Origin: a virus
Lineage: Duplodnaviria > Caudoviricetes
IMG/VR virus record: IMGVR_UViG_3300049175_000049
Location: 1-50,043 of that record
Length of the DNA: 50,043 nt
Reading direction: 5' to 3' (one strand)
Both the position numbers and the translations under genes were made by a program. Of this stretch, positions 11,511 to 20,558 are shown piece by piece; position 1 is the first letter of the stretch; each line of letters begins with the position of its first letter. The notes beneath the pieces were generated by a model that worked only from the letters and a program-made list of their open reading frames with translations, searched no databases and was not told the DNA's origin.

Positions 11511-11701
11511 CCCTAAAATAACATCCTCTTCATAAAATGCAATATAATTTTTTCATAAATTTTATAACGTATTGTTTTTTCTAAAATCTTTTTTTAATTT
11601 GTTATAAATGTACAGAAAAGTTATCATTCTTTTAACTTTTTTGTTTTTTTTATGAAAATTCAATGATAAATTAATATCGAAAATAACTAAAATTATAGAA
11701 C

Positions 11702-12361
11702 ATGGAGATAGGAATGGTAAATGTAGTCTATAAAAATTCTAACAAAACTCAAGCATTAAAGGAAACCGCAAACATGTTATTTAGAAAATATAATGTCCAA
11801 AAAGAAAAAACTCTTTCAATAGTAAGATCACAGGAGGAAGAGAAAAAATCCTCCATTGAAGAACATAATGAAATGTTAGGAAGACCTTTAGATAATCCAT
11901 TTATAGAAAGTATTCATCAAAATTTAAAAGAAAAAATATGGAATGATTCTCTTAAGCTTTTAACAACCTACTTTTATAATATCCCTTTCCGTGAGAAATT
12001 GGATAAAGAAACTATTAGCACAGTTCATAAAGATATTATTGATGCCTTAAATGAAATGCATGACTATTTGTTTGAAACATCTACTTCTCCATCAAATTCT
12101 CTTCCTCCAAAAAATCATGAACCTGCTGTAAACCCTCTAAAAAGTATTGATCCAAAAGGAGAATTTATTATTTGTCTGGAAGATGGCCAAAGAGTAAAAA
12201 TGTTAGGAGCTTATATTAAAAAGAATTTTAAAATGAATCATGAAGATTATATCAAAAAATGGAATCTTCCAGTAGATTATCCTTTTACAGCTCCTAATCT
12301 TTCTAAAAAAAGATCTCGACTCTTACACACAATAAAACCATGGGAAAAAATAGGAAAATAG
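11702..12361 (+). CDS. mucR: MucR/Ros family transcriptional regulator with N-terminal extension
   Basis: PAVNPLKSI...IICLEDGQRVKML...EDYIKKWNLPVDYPFTAPNLSKKRS is the ROS/MucR signature. Confidence 0.85.
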   Translation: MEIGMVNVVYKNSNKTQALKETANMLFRKYNVQKEKTLSIVRSQEEEKKSSIEEHNEMLGRPLDNPFIESIHQNLKEKIWNDSLKLLTTYFYNIPFREKLDKETISTVHKDIIDALNEMHDYLFETSTSPSNSLPPKNHEPAVNPLKSIDPKGEFIICLEDGQRVKMLGAYIKKNFKMNHEDYIKKWNLPVDYPFTAPNLSKKRSRLLHTIKPWEKIGK

Positions 12362-12943
12362 ATGTATTATATAACACTTATAACTATAATAATTATATTA
12401 TATTCCCCTCTAATTGTATTAATGTATTATTTACATGATAAATTACATAAGAAAATGGAATCTCTAAATAAAGTTTGTTTAATAGGAAACGTAGGAAATG
12501 ATCCGGAAATAAAGATTTCAGGACAAGGAAATCATTATGCCCGTTTTTCTTTAGCTACTACCAGTTCTTATAAAGAGAAAAATAGCGGACAGAAAAAAAC
12601 AATGACAGAATGGCATAAAGTTGTTTGTTACTCCTCTTCTTTAACAAGTATCATTCACCAATATGTCAAAAAGGGTCATCGGTTGTATATAGAAGGCGCT
12701 CTTCAAACGCGTGAATATGAAGATCAAAATCATCAAAAACGTTCAATTACGCAAATAGTTTTAGGAGACTTTAATTCTCGATTAATTATGTTAAGTGTGA
12801 AAGAAAAGGAAAATGAATCATATAAAGCATTTGAAATTCTCCCTAATACTCCTTCTTCTCAATCTAAGAATTTCTACTCACCTTTTCCTGCATCGCCTCT
12901 CGATAAAAAAGTGGTTCTAGAAGATGATGAAATTCCTTTTTAA
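12362..12943 (+). CDS. ssb: single-stranded DNA-binding protein (conventional start 12455)
   Basis: SLNKVCLIGNVGNDPE, TEWHKVV, YIEGALQTREY and C-terminal DDEIPF. Confidence 0.95.
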   Translation: MYYITLITIIIILYSPLIVLMYYLHDKLHKKMESLNKVCLIGNVGNDPEIKISGQGNHYARFSLATTSSYKEKNSGQKKTMTEWHKVVCYSSSLTSIIHQYVKKGHRLYIEGALQTREYEDQNHQKRSITQIVLGDFNSRLIMLSVKEKENESYKAFEILPNTPSSQSKNFYSPFPASPLDKKVVLEDDEIPF

Positions 12944-13005
12944 AAGGATTGCAGTTCAAGATAGATAAGCTATAACTATCTCTATTAACAACAAAAGAGA
13001 TAAAA

Positions 13006-13320
13006 ATGGCTGATTTTCGGGAAGACATAAATGAATTTGAAAAACTCTCCTCTAAATTAGGACATCTTATCATCTTTATTAATTTCTTGAAAAAATCTCA
13101 TTTTGCAGGAAAAGAAATTATTTCTCGGGAAGAGTTAAAAGATTTTCTCTTCCCTTCTAAAATTAATCAGGAAACTCTTAATAATGTTATTTCCTGTCGA
13201 AATATAAATGGAATAGAAGGATATCTTATAAATGATATCCTTACTATTCTTAATAATGATCTATTCCAATATAAGGGATTTAATGATAATGAAAACAAAG
13301 AAAGTTATTTAACTTCTTAA
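13006..13320 (+). CDS. hypothetical protein
   Basis: 104 aa ORF following ssb. Confidence 0.5.
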   Translation: MADFREDINEFEKLSSKLGHLIIFINFLKKSHFAGKEIISREELKDFLFPSKINQETLNNVISCRNINGIEGYLINDILTILNNDLFQYKGFNDNENKESYLTS

Positions 13321-13752
13321 TTTATGATTTAAAGCATTCTCTAATTTTGCAAGAAGATGCTGAATCGAAAATATATCTGTTTTTTCTAAAATATTTTGAG
13401 ATTTAAACTCTTCTTCATATTTTTCAAATTTCTTATGAAGATCTTTATATAATTTAATTCCTTTAGCAGAAATTCGAATACGACTGCTTCTTTTATCTTG
13501 TTGATTAGCCGTTTGTGTAAAATAATCCTTTTCTACGAGATTCTTTAAATTATAAGAAACGTTACTTCCATTGTAGTATTTATTATTGCTAATATCTCCT
13601 ACATTTACTTCTTTTTCCCCTAATTTATAAAGGATATAAGCTTGCACAGGATTAATATCGTCTACTTTAAGTTTTTCTAATTCATTTTTCATTAACGCCA
13701 AAAAAGATACGTTAATTTTATCAATGAGATTTTGAATCTCTATAATCATCAA
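13309..13752 (-). CDS. MarR family regulator, LdtR-like
   Basis: DINPVQAYILY...YYNGSNVSYNLKNLV...DKRSSRIRISAKG resembles the YLGSNVSYNLKKL motif of alphaproteobacterial LdtR-type MarR proteins. Confidence 0.8.
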   Translation of the reverse strand: MMIIEIQNLIDKINVSFLALMKNELEKLKVDDINPVQAYILYKLGEKEVNVGDISNNKYYNGSNVSYNLKNLVEKDYFTQTANQQDKRSSRIRISAKGIKLYKDLHKKFEKYEEEFKSQNILEKTDIFSIQHLLAKLENALNHKLRS

Positions 13753-13843
13753 AGGCCTCTTTTTTTATTATATTAAGATTGAGTCATTTTATGAAAAAAT
13801 GAGAAAATTTCAACTTAAAAAATTTATATTTAAAAATAATATG

Positions 13844-16111
13844 TTATTCTTCGTGAGAAGCGGCATTAGCTTTACGAGAAAGAAATTGAGGTGCTTCCCT
13901 CTTTAAGGTATCATAAAAAATATCACGCATCCTATTATTATAGTGAGTGGCACCTTGTACATTTTTGTTTTTAACCGATAATCCAAATTTAACTGCCGCA
14001 TCTACATAACGAGGATTAGAAAGAATACGCGAAGCTACATAAGGAGCCGCAATAGCTCCTACGCCAGAGAGGAATAATCCTGTTCCTCCGGATAAAACGA
14101 TATCTGCCAATCCTCCAGCAACAAGTCCTAATCTAGCTATATCTACTCCTATTGTAGTAGTTCCACTAAAATTTCTAAATTCACTAGCACTTTTTGAAAA
14201 AGATTTAGAAAGCTCAGATATTTCTTTTAATCCCTTATAATTTTCTTTCCCTAATAAAGACCTTAAAAGATCCTGATTTTCGTTTCCTTTTTCAAATAAA
14301 GAAGAAAAATTAGCAGCTCTTAATCTTCCATCTTGATCTTTAATTTTATCTACTAATACATCATTAAGTTTAGCTCTTTTAAGAGCATTAAAAATCTGTT
14401 TTCCTTTGGGAGAAGGACCAATAATATGACTTAATTGATTTATTTTTCTTGGATCTGTCATAAAAGCATATGCTTCTTTAGGAGCAGTTTCCGTTGTAAG
14501 AGCACGCGCTAAATCATTAAAAACGCGGCCAGCATTTTCTAATCTATAATAAGTACGAGCAGCATTCCAATTATTAACAAATTCTTTATTATCAGAATTT
14601 AAAATGGATTGGGTAGCAGCTCCTATTAATTTTCCTATTTTTGCTTTTACCCCTCTTACTTTTCCATATTTAGTAGCATCCAACCATGCTTGTCTTTGTT
14701 GATCTACCGCCATAATAGGAAGCTCTAATTGAGGTTTTTTCTTTAATGATTTCATAACTGCTTCATATAATGCCGGATTTTGCCAATAAGCTTCTTCTGA
14801 CATCCCAGTAGGAGGAGGAACCTTCTTTAAAATTCCTGTAGAAGCAGCAAATCTATTTATTTTTTCAATCACAAATTTTTGAGCTTCTGAAGGATCAGGA
14901 GCTATTAATTCATCTTTTAATTCTTCCATTGCTTTTGCTAAAGGATGAACATTCGTTTTTTCATCAGGAGCTTTCAATGAAGAATAAGATTTTTTATAAA
15001 GTTCACTTGCTTGTTTATCTACTAATTCTTGTTCTTTTCTTATAAAAGAGGTAGTATCTTGAGAAATTCCTTGAGCTCCTAAATTTTTAGGATGAATTTT
15101 ATTAATTTCTTTTATGACTGTATTTACTACTTCTTTAGGAGCTTCTTCTAAATTTTTTGTATATTGACGAGCCCTAAACATCGTATTTAAACCTGCATTT
15201 CCTACAAAATACGCAACAGGACCTTGTAACCTTACATTAAAAGGGACTTTATTTAATTTATATTTACTTATAACATTTTCAATTGCATGTGAAGGTTCTC
15301 CCATTAAAGAAATAGCGGCTCCTATTGTAGTTTCTTTAGGAGAAAAACCTTCTTTTGAAACTTCTTTAAAAGATTTTCCTATATCAGAAATCTTTTTTAT
15401 TCCTTTCACTCCTTTTGTAGTTAATGCACCCGCAGCCGCACTTCCTACTAATGCGGGAATAGGCCCATATTCTTCTAAAGAAGGCAAAGTATATCCCGCA
15501 GCCGCTGCACCAGCTAACTCAGCAGGTTTTGTTGTTCCGAATTTTCCGAGTATATTGCCGACTTGAGGTAATATTTCAGGAAGAACCTTAGCTCCTACTT
15601 TTTCAATACCTTTAGAAATTCCTCCTGCTCCTCCCACTGCACCTGTTAATTTAGCTGCTTCATAGAGATTTCTCATACTTTCAGGAGTTTCAACATATTC
15701 TCCTCCTACATTCTCAATTCCTTTTTCAATGGCTTCCGTAGTCGAAGGAATTAAAGGTAATTGTTCAGAAATAGGAAGTTGTTGACCATAATGCCTTTCC
15801 ATTTGAGAATATAGGTCAGGATGTTTTTCTTTAAATTCTCTTTGTTTTCCAACTTGATAATTTTGCAACATCGCAGGCAAATTATAAATTAAAGCGGCCG
15901 TATCAGGGATTGCACCTAAAAAACCAGAAAGAGCTCCTTTTCCTAATACCGCAGCTTGCTGAAGAAAAGAAGGATCTTCCCGTCTAGCTAATTCCGCATC
16001 TATTTGCTCTAATGTAAAAGGAGAAGGAGCTTGAGGCACAGGAATATTTTCCTGTCTTTCTCTGCGCGCCAATTCCGCATCTATTTGTTCAAGAGTTAAA
16101 TTAAGAGGCAT
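13844..16111 (-). CDS. putative internal virion / DNA ejection protein
   Basis: 755 aa; last gene of the late block; N-terminal duplicated TLEQIDAELARRE; Gly/Ala-rich hydrophobic segments. Confidence 0.55.
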   Translation of the reverse strand: MPLNLTLEQIDAELARRERQENIPVPQAPSPFTLEQIDAELARREDPSFLQQAAVLGKGALSGFLGAIPDTAALIYNLPAMLQNYQVGKQREFKEKHPDLYSQMERHYGQQLPISEQLPLIPSTTEAIEKGIENVGGEYVETPESMRNLYEAAKLTGAVGGAGGISKGIEKVGAKVLPEILPQVGNILGKFGTTKPAELAGAAAAGYTLPSLEEYGPIPALVGSAAAGALTTKGVKGIKKISDIGKSFKEVSKEGFSPKETTIGAAISLMGEPSHAIENVISKYKLNKVPFNVRLQGPVAYFVGNAGLNTMFRARQYTKNLEEAPKEVVNTVIKEINKIHPKNLGAQGISQDTTSFIRKEQELVDKQASELYKKSYSSLKAPDEKTNVHPLAKAMEELKDELIAPDPSEAQKFVIEKINRFAASTGILKKVPPPTGMSEEAYWQNPALYEAVMKSLKKKPQLELPIMAVDQQRQAWLDATKYGKVRGVKAKIGKLIGAATQSILNSDNKEFVNNWNAARTYYRLENAGRVFNDLARALTTETAPKEAYAFMTDPRKINQLSHIIGPSPKGKQIFNALKRAKLNDVLVDKIKDQDGRLRAANFSSLFEKGNENQDLLRSLLGKENYKGLKEISELSKSFSKSASEFRNFSGTTTIGVDIARLGLVAGGLADIVLSGGTGLFLSGVGAIAAPYVASRILSNPRYVDAAVKFGLSVKNKNVQGATHYNNRMRDIFYDTLKREAPQFLSRKANAASHEE

Positions 16112-17276
16112 TTTTTGCTATTTGCTCTCTAAGTCTTTTAAGTTCTTCTGTGGACATTTGAGAAAAATCTTGCGGAGGTGCCATTTCTTGCATTTGAGGT
16201 TGAGGAAGTATAGAGGGAATGGCCATTTCTTGAGGACTTTCTTTTTGTTTACTTCCACTCTTTACATACATCCCACGCGAAAGTGCATCTTCAAATCTTT
16301 CAGCACGTTCGATATTTGTATGCGCTTTTTTTTCCCAACTATCAGCAATCTTATTGAAAGCAGATGCTTTTAATCTACCACTAGGAGCCGCTCTTTTAAT
16401 TTCTTTCTTCATTATATCCGTAGGTCTGACTCCTGTAAGACCTGTAATGGTAGATAAATTTAAATCAGCAGATAATTTTTCAAGTTGTTGGATTGCAGCT
16501 ATTTCATCTCCACTTCTAAATAAACCTTCTAATTGACGTCCTATTAATTCAAAAGTATTAGGTTCACTACTCACTAATATATTTAAAAAACTTTCTCCTA
16601 TTTTAGGATATTTATTAAAAATATCTCTCATTTCTTCAATAGTATTAAGTGTTTGTTTATTAACAGGAATTTTCCCAACTTCATCAGCTACACGCGTTTC
16701 CCATTTTTTTACAAATTCTCTTCCATATTTGGAAAGAGGAACTTCACTTGCATCTAAAGGCTGTCCTAATTCTTCTTTATTTTTATCTTCACGAAGATGA
16801 CGAGATTCTATTCTGTCTTGATGCATCAAATCATGAAATCTTTTATTTTCTTCTAACTTTTCTTCATGTTCTCTTTTGCGTTGTTCTAATGTTTCAGCAT
16901 GCTGACGTGATTTTTCTTCTTGTTGAGCCAACAAATGTGCATATTTTAATTCATTTTGACGCTGTTTTATCGCTTGTTCATGCAATGTTGCATTTATTTG
17001 GGCTTGTCTTCCTCTTTCTCCTAAATATCCTTGAATACCAGCACCTAAAGCATTATTAATTCTTTCAAATTGACTACGAGCAGGTTGTCCGTACGCTTGT
17101 CCTAAATTAATAAATCCCATTCCTTGTGCTTGTTGCGTTTGCTCAGGACTTAATCCCATCATTTGATGACCCATTTGCATCCCAGCTTGCAAAGGATTTG
17201 GAATTTCAGGATTTGTGGCATTTTGCTGATAAGCATCTCTAATCTGTGCCAAATATTCTGCTAATGAAGCATTCAT
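16101..17276 (-). CDS. putative DNA ejection protein
   Basis: Gln-rich and coiled-coil; position matches podovirus ejection genes. Confidence 0.5.
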   Translation of the reverse strand: MNASLAEYLAQIRDAYQQNATNPEIPNPLQAGMQMGHQMMGLSPEQTQQAQGMGFINLGQAYGQPARSQFERINNALGAGIQGYLGERGRQAQINATLHEQAIKQRQNELKYAHLLAQQEEKSRQHAETLEQRKREHEEKLEENKRFHDLMHQDRIESRHLREDKNKEELGQPLDASEVPLSKYGREFVKKWETRVADEVGKIPVNKQTLNTIEEMRDIFNKYPKIGESFLNILVSSEPNTFELIGRQLEGLFRSGDEIAAIQQLEKLSADLNLSTITGLTGVRPTDIMKKEIKRAAPSGRLKASAFNKIADSWEKKAHTNIERAERFEDALSRGMYVKSGSKQKESPQEMAIPSILPQPQMQEMAPPQDFSQMSTEELKRLREQIAKNAS

Positions 17277-17281
17277 CTTAT

Positions 17282-18214
17282 TTACCTTTTCTTCATTGCT
17301 GATTTTTTCTTAAATTTTAAAGCAGATAAAGGAATATTTTCTTTTATCTTTCCTCCTTTTTTAAATCCTCCTGCACGTCCAAATCCATATAATTGTGCGG
17401 CAATTCCGCCAGCTTGTCCCAATGGACTAAGAGTAGGAATAGCTTGCGGAGGTGTATACCCAGTTGAATAAGCTGTTCCAGGAGGTTGAGGTATTCCATG
17501 TAAAGTAGCTGCTTGTTGTGCAAGATTTTGCTGTGGCCACATTTGACGTCGCCAGAATTCTGCTTGTTGTTCATTTAGAACATTCTGACGATGCGCTTGT
17601 TCTTGTCCTCCCAATAAATTCAATAATCCTGCTTGCTGACGTTGTTCTTGTTGTGCTCCACTTCCCAATTGGCCTAAAGAACGCGCTTGTTCAATTTCTC
17701 TTAATCTTTCTTGCTGTTGAGTTTGACCCGCTTGTTCATATCCACGCGCTAAGGCTGCTTCTTGTTTTTCTAAAATAGCTTCTTCTAAATCTCTGGCTGC
17801 CCTTAAAGCTAAATCTTTATGACGACTGGAGCCATGTTGCCCTAATCTTACAAATTGTGCTTCTAATTGAGGCAATATGTTTTCTTTAAGAAGTCTTTGA
17901 CCTTTTTTTCCTATATTTGAAACAACATTTTCAATATAAGGATTTAAATAAGGTGCTAATCTTTCTCTATAAGGAACCCCTCTAGTAGACCCTAATAATT
18001 CTTGCGCTTGCTGATAATAAGGTTCATGCCTTCCTCTTTCACCAGCTAATGCTTGACTCCGTAATAAAGTAGGAGGCAATTCAGCAATTCTTTCACCTTG
18101 ATATTGAGGATATTGTTGTTGACGCAAAGATTCCGTTTGCTCAATAAAATTACGCAAAATAGTTTGATACCAAGGTGGTAATTGCTCAAATTGTGATCCG
18201 ATTACATATGGCAT
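17282..18214 (-). CDS. putative DNA ejection (pilot) protein
   Basis: Gln-rich; YLNPYIENVV motif; ends in Gly-rich FKKGG. Confidence 0.55.
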   Translation of the reverse strand: MPYVIGSQFEQLPPWYQTILRNFIEQTESLRQQQYPQYQGERIAELPPTLLRSQALAGERGRHEPYYQQAQELLGSTRGVPYRERLAPYLNPYIENVVSNIGKKGQRLLKENILPQLEAQFVRLGQHGSSRHKDLALRAARDLEEAILEKQEAALARGYEQAGQTQQQERLREIEQARSLGQLGSGAQQEQRQQAGLLNLLGGQEQAHRQNVLNEQQAEFWRRQMWPQQNLAQQAATLHGIPQPPGTAYSTGYTPPQAIPTLSPLGQAGGIAAQLYGFGRAGGFKKGGKIKENIPLSALKFKKKSAMKKR

Positions 18215-18223
18215 TTTATTCCC

Positions 18224-20272
18224 TTATGCTGCACTCTTTAAATAAAAATTCATTGATTTAGATTTAGGAGGCAGTCCCTTAATTCCTTTATGACGCCTTA
18301 TATTATTAATCATTTTCTTAATAATAGCGGCTCCCTTATTATTATCTCCTCGCCCTACCGAACTGACGATATCTCGATTAATATGATATTCTCCATCTGA
18401 AACAAGTGCAGGCACATCTCTCACTTGTATTTTACTTACTTTTTCTCCTTTGGCATATTTATGCTTAATATTACCAAATTTATTTACAAAATTATCTAAG
18501 AAGACTTTTCCAGCTTGCGTATTCCCATCTCCCAATAGAGAAACAGTCGTTGCATCAACGATATAATCTCCTTCTTTAAGAGTACGAGGTCTATTATCCG
18601 CTTGTCCCCCTTCTTTTCCTTCTATCATTCCTCCTTCTTTAGCTCGGCGATAACCTTGAAATCCTTTTTCTTCTACTTCCGGCACTTCAAAATGTTCAGG
18701 AGGAGCAACATAAGGTTTAATTTCTCGGGGTGCGTGTTCAGGAGCTTCTCTTTTAAAGGATTTAAATTCTTCTTCAGGAACATATTGGACAACATCTTCT
18801 AATAACCCTCCCATATTAAACAATGGAGAATTTAATAATCCTCCTACTAAAGGATCTCTTTCTTCTTTTAATAAGCCAGCAGATTGTCTTTCAGATAAAG
18901 CTTTAAGAGCTTGTTCTAAAGAAGCTATATTTTCTGCTGGGCTTACCTCCGATACTTTCATTCTTTTAGCTACTTCTTGAGCTTTTTCTTGTGCTTGCTT
19001 GGCTTGAGCTGCTCTTTGAAGTTCTTGATTATAACGTTGATGTTCTGCCACAGCCGCAGCACGAGGATCTGGACTTGCTGCCACAAGAGTTAAATTAGGA
19101 GGAGTAGGCGTAGGTACAGGTACAACAGTTCCTTTTTGAGCTAATTGTTGCTGTCTTCCTCTTTCTTGTAGTTCTCGATTACGTTGTTGATGTGCTAAAA
19201 TGGCTGCGGTACGGGGATCCATTCCTTGAGGAATTTGTGGCCCTCCTCTGCCCCGGCCTCTCCCTTGCCCTCCATACATAAAACGTTGTCTTACTTCTCC
19301 TCCTTTGGCATACCCTTGAGCATATCCTTCATAAGGATTATAATAACCTCTATATCCATGTTCTTCGACATCGGGAATTTCAAAATATTCTTCAGGAGCT
19401 CTATAAGGCGCAATATGACGTGGCTGATCTTCCGGTCTTTCGTTTGCTTTTCTTAAAGATGTTATCATTTCTTGCAAAGAAGGTTCTTTTCGATGTTCTT
19501 TCGGAATCTTATATTTTGTTTTACCTCCAACAAGGCCTAAAGCTGCCGTTCCTAAAAGTGCATAATTTAATAAGTTTCCTATGCCACTCCCAGCTTGAGG
19601 GGCAACACTAGCAAGTTGGGCAGATGGAAGAAGAGGTATACTGCCGACTCCTGCACCTCCTCCTGTTAAAGAAGTCCCTCCCAATAAATTCCCAAATTGA
19701 CTTTTTCCTATATTTGTAAGAGCTCCTCCCAATGCAGGACTTCCTGAAGCAGATAAATAACGGCCAACAGCAGGTAATGCATATCCCTGGAGAGCCCCTA
19801 AGCTTCCTCCAATAGCAGCTCCTTTTAAGCCTGTTTTAAGAGGATGTTTAGAACCTCCTACCGCTCCACTTAATCCTCCTCCAATAGCTCCTCCGATCAT
19901 TCCTCCAATACCAGGAGCAAAATAATTTCCGACGACTGCTCCTACCACCGGCAGAGCCTTTCCGGCTATCTTTCTAAATTTTCTCCAAAACTTTCCATAT
20001 TGAGGCAATCCTGTATAAGGATTAATATCAGAACCAAACATTTCCTCTAATTCTTGAGCTTCTTCAGGATTAATGTACGCCAATATCTGATCTTCATCTT
20101 CTCCTTGGGACTGAATATGATTAATCATTTCACCTAAACGCGGCGAAACACTTCCTCCTCTACGATAATGAGGAGAAAAATCATAGTCCGTAGCAGGCAT
20201 AGGAGGATATTGATTAGCCTCTACTGTCGGAAGAGGAAAGGAAAAACTTTCTTCCTGATTTTGGCTGTACAT
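18224..20272 (-). CDS. putative internal virion protein
   Basis: INPYTGLPQY motif, Gly-rich TM-like stretch, internal duplications, C-terminal ALVSDGEY domain. Confidence 0.55.
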   Translation of the reverse strand: MYSQNQEESFSFPLPTVEANQYPPMPATDYDFSPHYRRGGSVSPRLGEMINHIQSQGEDEDQILAYINPEEAQELEEMFGSDINPYTGLPQYGKFWRKFRKIAGKALPVVGAVVGNYFAPGIGGMIGGAIGGGLSGAVGGSKHPLKTGLKGAAIGGSLGALQGYALPAVGRYLSASGSPALGGALTNIGKSQFGNLLGGTSLTGGGAGVGSIPLLPSAQLASVAPQAGSGIGNLLNYALLGTAALGLVGGKTKYKIPKEHRKEPSLQEMITSLRKANERPEDQPRHIAPYRAPEEYFEIPDVEEHGYRGYYNPYEGYAQGYAKGGEVRQRFMYGGQGRGRGRGGPQIPQGMDPRTAAILAHQQRNRELQERGRQQQLAQKGTVVPVPTPTPPNLTLVAASPDPRAAAVAEHQRYNQELQRAAQAKQAQEKAQEVAKRMKVSEVSPAENIASLEQALKALSERQSAGLLKEERDPLVGGLLNSPLFNMGGLLEDVVQYVPEEEFKSFKREAPEHAPREIKPYVAPPEHFEVPEVEEKGFQGYRRAKEGGMIEGKEGGQADNRPRTLKEGDYIVDATTVSLLGDGNTQAGKVFLDNFVNKFGNIKHKYAKGEKVSKIQVRDVPALVSDGEYHINRDIVSSVGRGDNNKGAAIIKKMINNIRRHKGIKGLPPKSKSMNFYLKSAA

Positions 20273-20327
20273 TTATTTTCTCCCTGTTTAAACCATATTA
20301 TATCATTTATTATAAAAAAAATAAGTC

Positions 20328-20558
20328 TTATTCATTTGTATTGATGGCGTAAAATACATCTTTTGCCCATTTCATTGGATCTGTATAATTATCCGGAAAA
20401 GGAGCATTATTATCTGAAAAAGTCGTTGTTTGAATGAGGATATTTCCCCATGATTTCCAATCATCAGCATCATGTAATTGTGGAATATCATCTTTTGGAA
20501 AATCAATAATTAATGAATTCGCCCAACTTTTAATATCTGTAAAAACAGGAAGCATCAT
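20328..20558 (-). CDS. small tail-associated hypothetical protein
   Basis: Coupled to the upstream tail gene; Trp-rich. Confidence 0.6.
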   Translation of the reverse strand: MMLPVFTDIKSWANSLIIDFPKDDIPQLHDADDWKSWGNILIQTTTFSDNNAPFPDNYTDPMKWAKDVFYAINTNE

